Assembly: GCA_934089275.1 (NCBI GenBank)
Contig: CAKOJJ010000003.1
Span: 2,565 to 66,564 of the forward strand
Reading direction: 5' to 3'
DNA length: 64,000 bases
DNA from: an uncultured Bacilli bacterium
GTDB taxonomy: Bacteria > Bacillota_I > Bacilli_A > RF39 > UBA660
Shown: positions 1-9,504 of the stretch, piece by piece
Numbering within the stretch: position 1 is the first letter of the stretch
Layout of the letters: each line of letters opens with the position of its first letter
Program-made: the position numbers and the translations under genes
The notes under the pieces: generated by a model
What the model was told of the DNA's origin: nothing
Database searches by the model: none
The model's input: the letters and a program-made list of their open reading frames with translations, nothing else

Positions 1-1
1 A

Positions 2-580
2 AGTTCTGATTTACGAGAAATAATTAATCAACAAATAATATATATTTTGCCAGTTTTGTTATTTTTAATGTATTTTTTAAATACTGGTCAAAGAGTTGCA
101 AAGATTCTATTTATGAATTGTGATGCAGCAATGTTAACTTTTAGTTTTTATAGAAGAAAAGATGTTATTCTATCTTTATTCAAAGAAAGATTAAAAAGTA
201 TTGTTGGAATGAATTTAATACCTTCTTTATTTTTATCATTGGGACTTAATTTAGTTTTGTTTGTTAGTGGAGGAACAAATAATATTTTTAATTATGTTTT
301 GATATTTTTAGCAGTAAATGCAATGAGTGTATTCTTTTCAGTTCATAATTTAGTAATTTACTATTTACTTCAACCATACAACTCCAATAGTGATATTAAA
401 GGATCAAGTTATCGTTTTGTTTCGGTTGCAACTTATTATGTTTGTTATTATGTAAATGAACTTCACATAAACGTATATAATTTTGGCATCTTTATGACTT
501 TATTTAGTATAATTTATGTAGTTGTTTCTTTAATCTTAGTATACAAGTTTGCGTATAAAACTTTCAAAATTAGAGCTTAA
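2..580 (+). CDS. Polytopic membrane protein, 3' part (5' end lies outside the window)
   Basis: The frame is open from nt 2 through listed ORF 47..580. It has several long hydrophobic segments. No family recognised. Confidence 0.5.
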   Translation, partial: SSDLREIINQQIIYILPVLLFLMYFLNTGQRVAKILFMNCDAAMLTFSFYRRKDVILSLFKERLKSIVGMNLIPSLFLSLGLNLVLFVSGGTNNIFNYVLIFLAVNAMSVFFSVHNLVIYYLLQPYNSNSDIKGSSYRFVSVATYYVCYYVNELHINVYNFGIFMTLFSIIYVVVSLILVYKFAYKTFKIRA

Positions 581-628
581 GTAATTATTTACTTTTTGCT
601 CTTTTTTTTGTATATTAGATATAGATAT

Positions 629-704
629 GCCGACTTAGCTCAGCTGGTAGAGCAACGCCCTCGTAACGCGTAGGTCGTAGGTTCGAATCCTATAGTCGGC
701 ACCA
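629..704 (+). tRNA. tRNA-Thr (anticodon CGU)
   Basis: 76-nt cloverleaf read by hand: acceptor GCCGACT/AGTCGGC, D arm GCTC-AGCTGGTA-GAGC, anticodon loop CTCGTAA (CGT), T arm GTAGG-TTCGAAT-CCTAT, encoded CCA. One C-C mismatch at the base of the anticodon stem. Confidence 0.92.
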
Positions 705-1062
705 GATTGAAACTTAACTCGAACTTTTCGAGAAAACATAAAAACTATTCTCAAATTATATTGAAAGTAGTTTTATTTTGGAATAAAATAGTATTTTTTT
801 TGAAACTATTCTTGAAAAGCATTTTACTTAAATTACAAGATTCTATTGATTTTAATAATCTATTTTTATACACTAAGTATGTAGAATTATACAAATGAAA
901 TATATTTCTAAAATAAATGCAGTTTATTGATGAATCGAGAAAAAAGATAGTATAAATCAAATTTGAGATGTTAAAGATAATTAAATAAAATAGATTTTCA
1001 AGTTTGATGTATTTAACAGAGAATATTTAAAAGAATTTTTTATTATTAAGGAAGTGTTGATA

Positions 1063-1779
1063 ATGATTGGAGATTACGAAATAACAATTGATGATATGCA
1101 ACATAATTATTTCCATTTTACTTCAAGCAAAAATTTACAATCAATAAAACAAAATGGTCTTATTCCAAAAATCGGAAAGAATGCTAAATTTATAGAAAAA
1201 TCAGAAAAAGTTTTCTTTGTTGAAGGATTAGACAATTTATTGATTCTATTTGATTGTTGGATAAATTGTTATTATTACATTCCAAGAATAACATTTATTT
1301 ACGCTTTAGGAGCTCGCCTTTTAATGCAAAAATGGTTTCCACAAATTATTGCAGATGTATATTTTGGAGCATTAAAAAAAACAAAAATTCATAGAAAAAG
1401 AGCATACAAAGTCTTTGATAAAATATTAAGTGAGTCGGTTTTGCTTAAATTGGATTTAAAAGAAAATGTTGATTTTCGATATAACGATATAGATGAAATT
1501 AAATCCAAAAATTATAAAAAAAGGCATTTAGAACTGATGGGTTATTCCAAAAAATATTCTTCATTAGAAAATAATTATATGGATAAATGGAATATGCATT
1601 GTAAATCTAACCATATTATAAAAAGTGATAAAATAAAAGTATGCTCTTTAAACACTTCTTGCAAATTAGAAGATATTTTTTGCTATGCAATAAAGCAAAC
1701 TACAATTGATTTGAAAAACATTTGTCCAAAATTATATGATTACTTAGTCAATCATTATAATCAATCTATTAAAGATTAA
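1063..1779 (+). CDS. Hypothetical protein with an N-terminal HFT..NLxSI motif domain
   Basis: ATG at 1063 lies 8 nt after AAGGAAG (the listed ORF starts at GTG 1054). The N-terminus YFHFTSSKNLQSIKQNGLI...EKVFFVEGLDN resembles the N-terminus of the 39723 protein (LYHYTLKENVESILKDKAI...EYVFFTESLND). Confidence 0.55.
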   Translation: MIGDYEITIDDMQHNYFHFTSSKNLQSIKQNGLIPKIGKNAKFIEKSEKVFFVEGLDNLLILFDCWINCYYYIPRITFIYALGARLLMQKWFPQIIADVYFGALKKTKIHRKRAYKVFDKILSESVLLKLDLKENVDFRYNDIDEIKSKNYKKRHLELMGYSKKYSSLENNYMDKWNMHCKSNHIIKSDKIKVCSLNTSCKLEDIFCYAIKQTTIDLKNICPKLYDYLVNHYNQSIKD

Positions 1780-2165
1780 ATTTAAACCTTTTAATAACTT
1801 GATAATAAGTTCTTATTTAATGCTGTAATAATGTTTAAGTTGTATTTTTATATAAAAAGCTATTAATGCTATGCAAGATGAAATCAATGGGCTGGATGAT
1901 ATATCAAGAACTTTGGTGAAAATATATCTTTTAAATAATACTTATAATGATAAGTCAATAGCAGAAAAATATAAGTTAGATTTAAAACAAAAAAGATAAT
2001 TAATAAAATCAGTTTATCAAAAAGCGAAAAATTTGAAATATTATTTTATTTAAAATAAATCAATAAAATGTAAATTTTATTGAAAAATTTTTTGTTAATA
2101 AAAAATATATGTAATAATTTTTCTAGTGAGATATGATTCTCGTTAGAAAGAAATGGTGATAAAAT

Positions 2166-2588
2166 ATGACTAAAATTACTAAAAACATTGTAAAATGTGC
2201 AGTATGTGGGGCAGAAAGCGAACAACTTCTTGTTCACAGTGTTAACTATTTAATAGGATCAAAAGAAGATAATGATGCTTTGATGAATAATAAGCAAAAA
2301 TGTTTAAAATGTGGATATGAAAACCGTGACATCAGTAAAATTGATGAGAACTTAGTAAAAGTAAGTAAATTATTAAATTTAACTTTAAGTGAAACAGTAG
2401 AAAATAGTAAAAAATTAAATGATACAACAACATATTATTGTAATCCAATAGGAGGTGGAATTAGTTTAATTGCTGATGTAAACGGAAATTATTTAATTGC
2501 AACTTCAAATATAAGTTTTGAAAAGTTACTTGAAGAATTTCAAAAAGGAGATAGAAACAGAAATTTTGACACTGATGAAGGCAAATAA
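2166..2588 (+). CDS. Hypothetical zinc-ribbon protein
   Basis: Two CxxC pairs (CAVCG ... CLKCG) near the N-terminus. AGAAATGGTGA lies upstream of the ATG. Confidence 0.55.
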   Translation: MTKITKNIVKCAVCGAESEQLLVHSVNYLIGSKEDNDALMNNKQKCLKCGYENRDISKIDENLVKVSKLLNLTLSETVENSKKLNDTTTYYCNPIGGGISLIADVNGNYLIATSNISFEKLLEEFQKGDRNRNFDTDEGK

Positions 2589-2691
2589 TTTTTTATCAAA
2601 AAGAAGTTAATAAATACAAAATATTATTGTATGTTAAGTTAATTAGTAGTATAGGAACTTTAATTTAGTTGATACTATTAATGGTGATAAA

Positions 2692-3201
2692 ATGTATTAT
2701 ATAAATTTATTTTTTATATTTTCAATATTTGGTTATATTATGGAAAGTTTTTGGAATCTTTTTTGTAAATCGAAGTTTGGAAGTGGAATTCTTTATTTAC
2801 CTTGGACTCCAATATATGGATTTGGAGCAGTTTTAATAATTTTTGTTTTTAATCTTATTCAAAAATATATTCATGTTGCTGGTTGGTTAAATTGTATATT
2901 TTTAGCTTTAATTATGATGGTTTTGTTAACCATAATTGAGTTTATTGGTGGGATATTTATTGAAAAAGTATTTCATAAAACTTTTTGGGATTATAGACCA
3001 TTTAAATATAATGTTGGTAAATATATTTCATTAGAGATTTCTCTTATATGGGCTTTTTCTTCAGTTATATTAGCATATATAGTTGAACCTCTTTTAAAAC
3101 CTTATATAAAAGTTATTCCATCGTATATAACCATTACTTTTATTTGTTTGTTTATAATCGATAATATATTTACTTATATTGGTGGTAAAGTTCATAAATA
3201 G
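2692..3201 (+). CDS. Small polytopic membrane protein (putative ABC-transporter type IV / CmpB-like family)
   Basis: About 5 TM segments. The N-terminal FSIFGYIMESFWN motif is typical of that family as I recall it. Confidence 0.55.
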   Translation: MYYINLFFIFSIFGYIMESFWNLFCKSKFGSGILYLPWTPIYGFGAVLIIFVFNLIQKYIHVAGWLNCIFLALIMMVLLTIIEFIGGIFIEKVFHKTFWDYRPFKYNVGKYISLEISLIWAFSSVILAYIVEPLLKPYIKVIPSYITITFICLFIIDNIFTYIGGKVHK

Positions 3202-3244
3202 TATAGAATTGAAATCATTGGTTAAAATAAATATAGGTGATATT

Positions 3245-3676
3245 ATGGAAGAAAATATAAATGTATTAGATGAATTAAATAAGGGTGCTTGTATGGGAAT
3301 GGATTCCATTGACATGATAAAAAATAAAGTACAAAATGAAGAGTTTAAAAGAACTCTTGATACAATTTATAAAAAATATGAAGAAATATCTAGAAAAATA
3401 AATAAGCTTTATTATAAGTATGATCATGTTGATGATCCAAAAGAAACAAATGCAATTAATAAAGCAATGTTATGGTCAGGAATTGAGATGAAAACGATTG
3501 CTGATACAAGTGATTCTAAACTTGCTGAACTATTATTAAATGGAACTAATATGGGAATAATTGAAGGTAGAAAAATATTTAATAATAAATCAATGGATAT
3601 TGAAGTTGAAGATATTACAAAAGAATTTATTAGAATGCAAGAAGATAGTGTTGAAACTTTAAAGCAATACCTATGA
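3245..3676 (+). CDS. Hypothetical helical protein (possible four-helix-bundle type)
   Basis: ATG 3245 follows ATAGGTGA. The listed start at 3179 would overlap the upstream gene. Charged, helix-prone sequence. Confidence 0.5.
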   Translation: MEENINVLDELNKGACMGMDSIDMIKNKVQNEEFKRTLDTIYKKYEEISRKINKLYYKYDHVDDPKETNAINKAMLWSGIEMKTIADTSDSKLAELLLNGTNMGIIEGRKIFNNKSMDIEVEDITKEFIRMQEDSVETLKQYL

Positions 3677-4045
3677 ATCAGGATTGCTTTTTTTATGAAA
3701 ACTAGTTTTATAGAAACTTAGAATATTATCATTAGAATTGCCTTTTAAAATATTTGCTATTTCAGCTAAATAATCTAACTCATCAACAAAGTACACAGCG
3801 GGAATTACATATACATCTTTTAAAGATTTTAAATATTCTTTTAAATTTGCAAAATCTAATGAATAGAAAAGTTGAAAATAAGTATCAGCTTTTTCTAAAT
3901 TTAAATCATCTTGGCTATTTACTAAATGAAAAATAATATCGTCATTTAAACATAATTCTTTTAATAAATTTATTAGTTCATTATAGTCTTCTTCTGTTTG
4001 AATGTTTTTTAAGATATTTATAAAAACTAATGCTAAATAAGTCAA
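3671..4045 (-). CDS. Hypothetical acidic protein
   Basis: 124-aa ORF convergent with the upstream gene. AGAGGA lies upstream of the start on the minus strand. Confidence 0.45.
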   Translation of the reverse strand: MTYLALVFINILKNIQTEEDYNELINLLKELCLNDDIIFHLVNSQDDLNLEKADTYFQLFYSLDFANLKEYLKSLKDVYVIPAVYFVDELDYLAEIANILKGNSNDNILSFYKTSFHKKSNPDS

Positions 4046-4170
4046 TTTTATTATCCTCTCTAATAAAATATATAAATGTTATGTTAGTATTATTACTACA
4101 ATTAGTGGAAAAATAATCAAAATTGTGGTAAGATTTATATCTGCTGTGAAAAAAGAATTGAGGGAACTTT

Positions 4171-5232
4171 ATGACTTTAAGTGTGTTAAATACTTTTTAT
4201 GATTCAATTGTAAAAGAAGCTGCAAATGGTAGAATAGATTGTTATTTTAAATTTAATGTTTGTTTTGGAACGTATATAAAAGATTTAGATGTTTTTGTTC
4301 CAGCTAAAATAAAAAATAGAAATTATTTGATTCCAATATTAATCATAAGTGATTTTAAGAAGTTTAGTAACTTGTTAGTTCAATATGTTGAATTAGCTTT
4401 AGAATGTTATAAAGATGAACCTTATTTAAAAGAGTTAGATACATTAGAAAATAGTTTTCTATATAAACAAAAAATGATTCTTTGTTTATTATGGAGTAAT
4501 GCAACTATTAATGATTTTAATAATCCTGAGGAATATTTGAGAAAAAAAATAAATTTTATGAAAAACCTTATGGAAGAAAAAATTGATATGGGTTTTTCAA
4601 GTGTTTTAAAAGCTAATTTGGAATGTAAAATTTTTAAAGATAGAATTTATAATGAAACGCCAAATTCAATTGTTTTTAGAGCTTATTTAAATGATAGTGA
4701 ATATTATTTTCCAGTTATTAGATTTGGTATAAGTGATGATGTTGTATATATTTATGCAATGCAAAAGAATAAATCTTTTGTTGGTGAAGAAAGTTTTTCT
4801 AAGAAAATCAATAGACAGCTTTATAAAGCTAATGAAGCAGTTGATATTAATGACAAAAGATATCCAAACATTATGGATGTAACTTCTTCTTTTGTGGTGG
4901 CAGGAGATTTATTTGTTTGGCTTTTTAAAGAACTAGGTTATGAAAATTTTGAAATTGTTTCTTCATTGCCAGTTAGGTGGAATTCCAAAAATATTAAAAA
5001 TCAAAGAAATGGATTTGCTGGATTAACATTAAAAGAGAAACAGGATTACGAAAACGCTACTAAAAAGTTTTTTAATACTTTTAGAAGAATAAGTTATCAT
5101 AATTATGATTTATATACTTTACAAAATGGTGAGAGTTTAGAACTTAAAGTTGCTGAATCTGAAGGATGTGCAAACAATAAAATCTTTAGTGAAATAAGAG
5201 ATTTGGCTAAAAATAATAGAAGTTCTAACTAA
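4171..5232 (+). CDS. Hypothetical protein (353 aa)
   Basis: Long ORF preceded by GAGGGAA. No family recognised. Confidence 0.6.
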   Translation: MTLSVLNTFYDSIVKEAANGRIDCYFKFNVCFGTYIKDLDVFVPAKIKNRNYLIPILIISDFKKFSNLLVQYVELALECYKDEPYLKELDTLENSFLYKQKMILCLLWSNATINDFNNPEEYLRKKINFMKNLMEEKIDMGFSSVLKANLECKIFKDRIYNETPNSIVFRAYLNDSEYYFPVIRFGISDDVVYIYAMQKNKSFVGEESFSKKINRQLYKANEAVDINDKRYPNIMDVTSSFVVAGDLFVWLFKELGYENFEIVSSLPVRWNSKNIKNQRNGFAGLTLKEKQDYENATKKFFNTFRRISYHNYDLYTLQNGESLELKVAESEGCANNKIFSEIRDLAKNNRSSN

Positions 5233-5296
5233 GTAATTTATAATAGTCCAATTTATAGCTTTATGCATACTATAAACTAGAAAGGAATTGACTATT

Positions 5297-5584
5297 ATGA
5301 ATCCAAGATGTTATGAAACTGAAAATATGGATATGAATATGGGAATGGATCCTGATATGATGAATAACAATGGTATGTGTGGTTGTGCATGTCCTCCAGT
5401 ATATGAATGTCCACAAGAAAGAGTATGTACTAGAGTAATTGTACATGAAGTTCCTCATGTAATGCCAATCCATACTAAGATCATAAATCATCACGTTTAT
5501 AAACATTCTTATACTCCTTGTTATACAATGAGTGAATGTGATACTTGTGAAAACGTTTATGATCCATGTTGTAAAAACTTCTAG
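5297..5584 (+). CDS. CotD-like spore coat protein (Cys/His-rich)
   Basis: The segment VIVHEVPHVMPIHTKIINHHVYKHSYTP matches the His-rich repeat style of inner spore coat protein D. Cys-rich ends. ATG 3297-equivalent start at 5297 lies 9 nt after AAAGGAA. Confidence 0.6.
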   Translation: MNPRCYETENMDMNMGMDPDMMNNNGMCGCACPPVYECPQERVCTRVIVHEVPHVMPIHTKIINHHVYKHSYTPCYTMSECDTCENVYDPCCKNF

Positions 5585-5603
5585 AAATAGAAGTTTTTTT
5601 ATG
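5578..5603 (+). terminator. Rho-independent terminator, copy 1 of a 26-nt direct repeat
   Basis: CTTCTA-GAAA-TAGAAG stem-loop plus T7. The stop codon of the CotD-like gene lies inside the stem. Identical 26 nt recur at 6565..6590. Confidence 0.7.
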
Positions 5604-5677
5604 GAAAGTTTTAATAAAAAGTTATGTTTTGTATGGTATAATGTTTTAAATGCTATTGAGTGATTTGTGGTAAATAA

Positions 5678-5758
5678 ATGATTAAAAATATTATATTTGG
5701 TATTGGGGGAATTCTTTTTGATCACAGTAAAGAAAATCTAGAGAAAAATTTAAATTAA
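5678..5758 (+). pseudogene. Remnant of a HAD-family hydrolase N-terminus
   Basis: The 26-codon ORF MIKNIIFGIGGILFDHS... resembles HAD motif I (IIFDxGGVL) with the nucleophile Asp replaced by Gly. It ends abruptly just before the Fic gene. Confidence 0.3.
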
Positions 5759-5782
5759 ATAATAGTTTAAGGGAGAAAAAAT

Positions 5783-6535
5783 ATGAATGTAAGTGAATTA
5801 AAACATGAATTAATTAAACAAAAGAACTCTAAATTCAAAGGTAATATATATCATTATTCTCAAGTTAATTTTGCTTATAATTCAAATAAAATAGAAGGAA
5901 GTAGATTAACTAGTGATCAAACTGAAGCTATTTTTGATACATCTTCTTTTATATCTAAAGCTGACGAATTAATTAAATTGGATGATGTAATTGAATCTAA
6001 AAATCATTTCAAATTATTTGATTACATGTTAGATAATGTAGATCAAGTTTTAACTAAAGAAATGATGATTGAAATGCATAAAATATTAAAGAAGAACACC
6101 AGTGATGAAGATGATCCTAGATATAATGTTGGAGGATTCAAAATAGTTCCTAATATGATAGGTGTTATAAACACGGTTGATACAACAAAACCAGAAAAAG
6201 TTGATGAAGAACTGGATAAATTATTAGATTTATATAATTCTAAAAATAATATTACTTTAGAAGATATAATTGATTTTCATGTTAAATTTGAACGCATTCA
6301 TCCGTTTGGAGACGGAAATGGTCGTGTTGGAAGAATTATTATGTTTAAAGAATGTTTAAAAAATAATATAATTCCTTTTATCGTGCTTGATGATGATAAG
6401 CCTTACTATTTAAGAGGTTTAAAAGAATACGAAAATGACAAAATGTTTTTAATTGATACTATAAAACATGAACAAGACGTTTATGAGGAAATATGTGAAG
6501 AACTATTAAGTTTTGATTTAAATGAAAATGATTAA
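5783..6535 (+). CDS. Fic/DOC family protein (AMPylase-type)
   Basis: Canonical Fic motif HPFGDGNGRVGR (HxFx[DE]GNGRxxR). GGGAGAAAA RBS. Confidence 0.88.
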   Translation: MNVSELKHELIKQKNSKFKGNIYHYSQVNFAYNSNKIEGSRLTSDQTEAIFDTSSFISKADELIKLDDVIESKNHFKLFDYMLDNVDQVLTKEMMIEMHKILKKNTSDEDDPRYNVGGFKIVPNMIGVINTVDTTKPEKVDEELDKLLDLYNSKNNITLEDIIDFHVKFERIHPFGDGNGRVGRIIMFKECLKNNIIPFIVLDDDKPYYLRGLKEYENDKMFLIDTIKHEQDVYEEICEELLSFDLNEND

Positions 6536-6564
6536 AGAAATAGTCTTATTATTTATCATAAAGG

Positions 6565-6590
6565 CTTCTAGAAATAGAAGTTTTTTTATG
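6565..6590 (+). terminator. Rho-independent terminator, copy 2 of the 26-nt direct repeat
   Basis: Identical to 5578..5603 (CTTCTAGAAATAGAAGTTTTTTTATG). Confidence 0.7.
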
Positions 6591-6667
6591 TTTTTGTAAA
6601 TAAAGTGTATAGACTATTTATATATTTTTTTTATTGTAGTATATTTTTAAATAGGAGAGTGAAGAAA

Positions 6668-6868
6668 ATGATTTATCCATCAATTGATAAAATTTTAAAA
6701 ACAGTTGAATCTAAGTATACTTTAGTTCATGTTGTTGCAAAAAGAAGTAGACAAATGCAAGAAACTAAACATTTCCAAATGAAGGAAAATGAATATGTTT
6801 CTAAAAAGGAAATTGGAAGAGCATTGGAAGAAATTGATAAGGGATTAATTCATATTATAAAAAATTAA
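6668..6868 (+). CDS. rpoZ: DNA-directed RNA polymerase subunit omega
   Basis: MIYPSIDKILKTVESKYTLVHVVAKRSRQM matches the RpoZ N-terminal signature. ATG 6668 follows GGAGAGTGAAG. The listed 6605 start is an unlikely extension. Confidence 0.85.
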   Translation: MIYPSIDKILKTVESKYTLVHVVAKRSRQMQETKHFQMKENEYVSKKEIGRALEEIDKGLIHIIKN

Positions 6869-6894
6869 TCTTTTTTTTGTAGGAAGGAAAAAAT

Positions 6895-9441
6895 ATGCAA
6901 TTTTATAATAAAAAAATAGAAGAGATATTTGATGAGTTAGATACAAATGAATCAGGTCTTTCTTCTAAAGAAGCAGAGATAAGAATCTTAAAATATGGTA
7001 AAAATGAATTGGAAGAAAAAAAGAAACAGTCATGGTTTATAAAGTTTTTATCTCAGTTTAATGATTTAATGATTATTATTCTTTTAATTGTTGCAGTATT
7101 TTTAGTTTTTTATGGTATCTTTTTTAGTCATGAATATACAGATGCGATTGTAATATTTGTTGTTGTATTAATTAATTCTATAATGGGATTTATTCAAGAA
7201 GAAAAAGCAGAAGTAACTTTAAATGATTTAAAAAAATATTCTGTTTCAAAATGTAGGGTTAAAAGAGATGGAATTATTCACATAATAGATTCATCTTTAA
7301 TTGTTCCTGGTGATATTGTTATTTATGAAGCAGGAGATAAAGTAACTAGTGATGCAAGAATTATAAGCGAAAGTAATTTAAGTGTTGATGAATCAGCTTT
7401 AACAGGAGAATCTTTACCTGTTAGTAAAAGTAGTGAGGTTTTAGAGGGTAAAAGAATTATTCAAGATAGAACTAATATGCTTTTTTGTGGTTCAGTTATA
7501 ACAAATGGAAAAGTAACGGCAGTTGTAGTATCAACTGGTATGCTTTCAGAAATTGGTCTTATTGCTGTATCTCTTAATACTCCATATGTAGTTCCGTCTC
7601 CTTTGGAAACTAAAATAAAAGAATTAAGTAAGAAAATAACTATATTGATATTTTTTATAATTTTATTTATTTTTATATATGGACTTATAAATGGATACAA
7701 AATACTTGAAATACTTATGTTATGTGTTTCTTTATCAGTTGCAGCTATTCCAGAAGGACTTCCTGCTGTTATTACAATTACCTTATCAAATGGAGCCGCA
7801 GCTTTATTTAGAAAAAATACAGTTGTAAAACAAATAAGTGCAGTTGAAACTTTGGGTGCAGTAGATATAATTTGTTCAGATAAAACTGGAACTATTACTG
7901 AAAATAAAATGAAAGTTGTAAAAACTGATCTAGTTGATGAAAAAATGTTTGAACTTATATCAGTGCTTTGTAATGATGCAATTATAGGTGATGAAGAGAT
8001 TGGGGATCCAACGGAAATAAGTTTACTTAATTATGTTGGAAAAACTAAAATAAAAGAAATTAATGATGAGTATTATAGACTTGTAGATGCGCCTTTTGAT
8101 AGTTCTAGAAAGATGATGAGTACTTTTGTTAGTAATGATAAAAATTCATTTGTATTAGTAAAAGGAAGTCTAGAAAATTTATTAAAAAGATGTAATATAA
8201 CTGATAAGGAAAAAGAAACAATATTAAAAAATGAAAAAGAAATGTCTGATGAATCTTTAAGAGTTATTGGATTTGCTTATAAAGAAGTAAAAAAAGAAAT
8301 AAAATCTTCTAAGGAACTTTTAGATAATGAAAAAGATTTAATTTATGTAGGTATTTGTGGAATGATTGATCCTCCTAGAAAAACCGTTAAGGCTTCAGTT
8401 TTAAAATGTAAAAAAGCTGGTATTAAACCTATAATGATTACTGGAGACTCTTTAAATACAGCTATTAGCATTGCTAAAAGTGTAGGTATAATTGAAGATT
8501 CAAGTGAAGGTATTTTAGGAAGTGAACTTGATAACTATACTGATGAAGAATTAAAGAGTGTTATCACAAAGTATTCAGTTTATGCTAGAGTAACTCCTGA
8601 GCATAAAAGAAGAATAGTTACAGTATTTCAAAGTATGGGAAAAGTTGTTGCAATGACAGGAGATGGAGTAAATGATGCTCCAGCTATAAAAGATGCTCAT
8701 GTTGGAATAGGTATGGGTATTACTGGTACTGAAGTTACCAAGAATGTTGCTGATGTTATTCTTTTAGATGATTCATTTTCAACGATTGTTGATGCCGTAG
8801 AAGAGGGAAGAAGAATATATGCAAATATTAGAAATAATATTGTTTATTCTTTATCAAGCAATTTTGCAGAGATATTTGTAGTGTTAATAAGTATGATATT
8901 TGGTTATAACATTTTGCTTCCAATACATATCTTATTTATTGATTTAGTAACTGATTCAATTCCAAGTATTTGTCTTTCTTATGAAAAAGCTGAAAAAGAG
9001 ATTATGAATCAAGATCCTCGAGGACTTAATAAACCAATGTTTACTAAATTTGTTTGGGGAGAAATTGTTATATCATCAATAATTGAAACTATATTTGTTT
9101 TAGCGACTTATTTTATAGGTTTAAAATATTTTTCAAATGATGTTGCTTCAACTTTAGCTTTATTATCACTTGTAATGCAAGAAATAATCTATGCATTTAG
9201 TTGTCGTAACTTAAAGAAATATATTTTTAAAGAGGGAATGTTTTCTAATAAGGCATTTAATATTGGAATATCGATTTTGCTTATAATTGAGGCTTTAGTA
9301 TTTCTAACACCAATTGGTAATATTATAAATGTTGTAGCTGTTGATATAAAAACAATTTTGTTAGTTGTTTTATTTAACTTGTTGGCATTTATAATTTATG
9401 AAATAGCTAAAGTTAAAATATCAAAATTATTAAAAGATTAA
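6895..9441 (+). CDS. P-type (P2) calcium-translocating ATPase
   Basis: Motifs TGES (ALTGESLPV), PEGLPAV, the phosphorylation site CSDKTGTITENKM, and TGDGVNDAPAIK. About 10 TM segments. Same neighbourhood as the yloB-rpoZ region of Bacillus. Confidence 0.93.
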   Translation: MQFYNKKIEEIFDELDTNESGLSSKEAEIRILKYGKNELEEKKKQSWFIKFLSQFNDLMIIILLIVAVFLVFYGIFFSHEYTDAIVIFVVVLINSIMGFIQEEKAEVTLNDLKKYSVSKCRVKRDGIIHIIDSSLIVPGDIVIYEAGDKVTSDARIISESNLSVDESALTGESLPVSKSSEVLEGKRIIQDRTNMLFCGSVITNGKVTAVVVSTGMLSEIGLIAVSLNTPYVVPSPLETKIKELSKKITILIFFIILFIFIYGLINGYKILEILMLCVSLSVAAIPEGLPAVITITLSNGAAALFRKNTVVKQISAVETLGAVDIICSDKTGTITENKMKVVKTDLVDEKMFELISVLCNDAIIGDEEIGDPTEISLLNYVGKTKIKEINDEYYRLVDAPFDSSRKMMSTFVSNDKNSFVLVKGSLENLLKRCNITDKEKETILKNEKEMSDESLRVIGFAYKEVKKEIKSSKELLDNEKDLIYVGICGMIDPPRKTVKASVLKCKKAGIKPIMITGDSLNTAISIAKSVGIIEDSSEGILGSELDNYTDEELKSVITKYSVYARVTPEHKRRIVTVFQSMGKVVAMTGDGVNDAPAIKDAHVGIGMGITGTEVTKNVADVILLDDSFSTIVDAVEEGRRIYANIRNNIVYSLSSNFAEIFVVLISMIFGYNILLPIHILFIDLVTDSIPSICLSYEKAEKEIMNQDPRGLNKPMFTKFVWGEIVISSIIETIFVLATYFIGLKYFSNDVASTLALLSLVMQEIIYAFSCRNLKKYIFKEGMFSNKAFNIGISILLIIEALVFLTPIGNIINVVAVDIKTILLVVLFNLLAFIIYEIAKVKISKLLKD

Positions 9442-9445
9442 TGAA

Positions 9446-9477
9446 AATTACGCAATTTATTTTGCGTAATTTTTTTA
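9446..9477 (+). terminator. Rho-independent terminator of the ATPase gene
   Basis: AATTACGCAA / TTGCGTAATT stem followed by a T-run. Confidence 0.8.
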
Positions 9478-9504
9478 TTGTAATATTATTTGTAAAAAAG
9501 TAAA

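Noticed and set aside
707-960. Two overlapping 63/69-aa ORFs just downstream of the tRNA
   Set aside because: They are AT-rich low-complexity translations on opposite strands with no RBS. Most likely non-coding spacer.
1873-1998. 41-codon ORF resembling the C-terminal HTH of a sigma/regulatory protein (LDDISRTLVKIYLLNNTYNDKSIAEKYKL)
   Set aside because: It is too short and the similarity too weak to call a gene or pseudogene with confidence. It is mentioned only as a possible remnant within the islet.
6605-6667. N-terminal extension of rpoZ (listed start at 6605)
   Set aside because: The hydrophobic, low-complexity extension is absent from known omega subunits. A good SD precedes ATG 6668.
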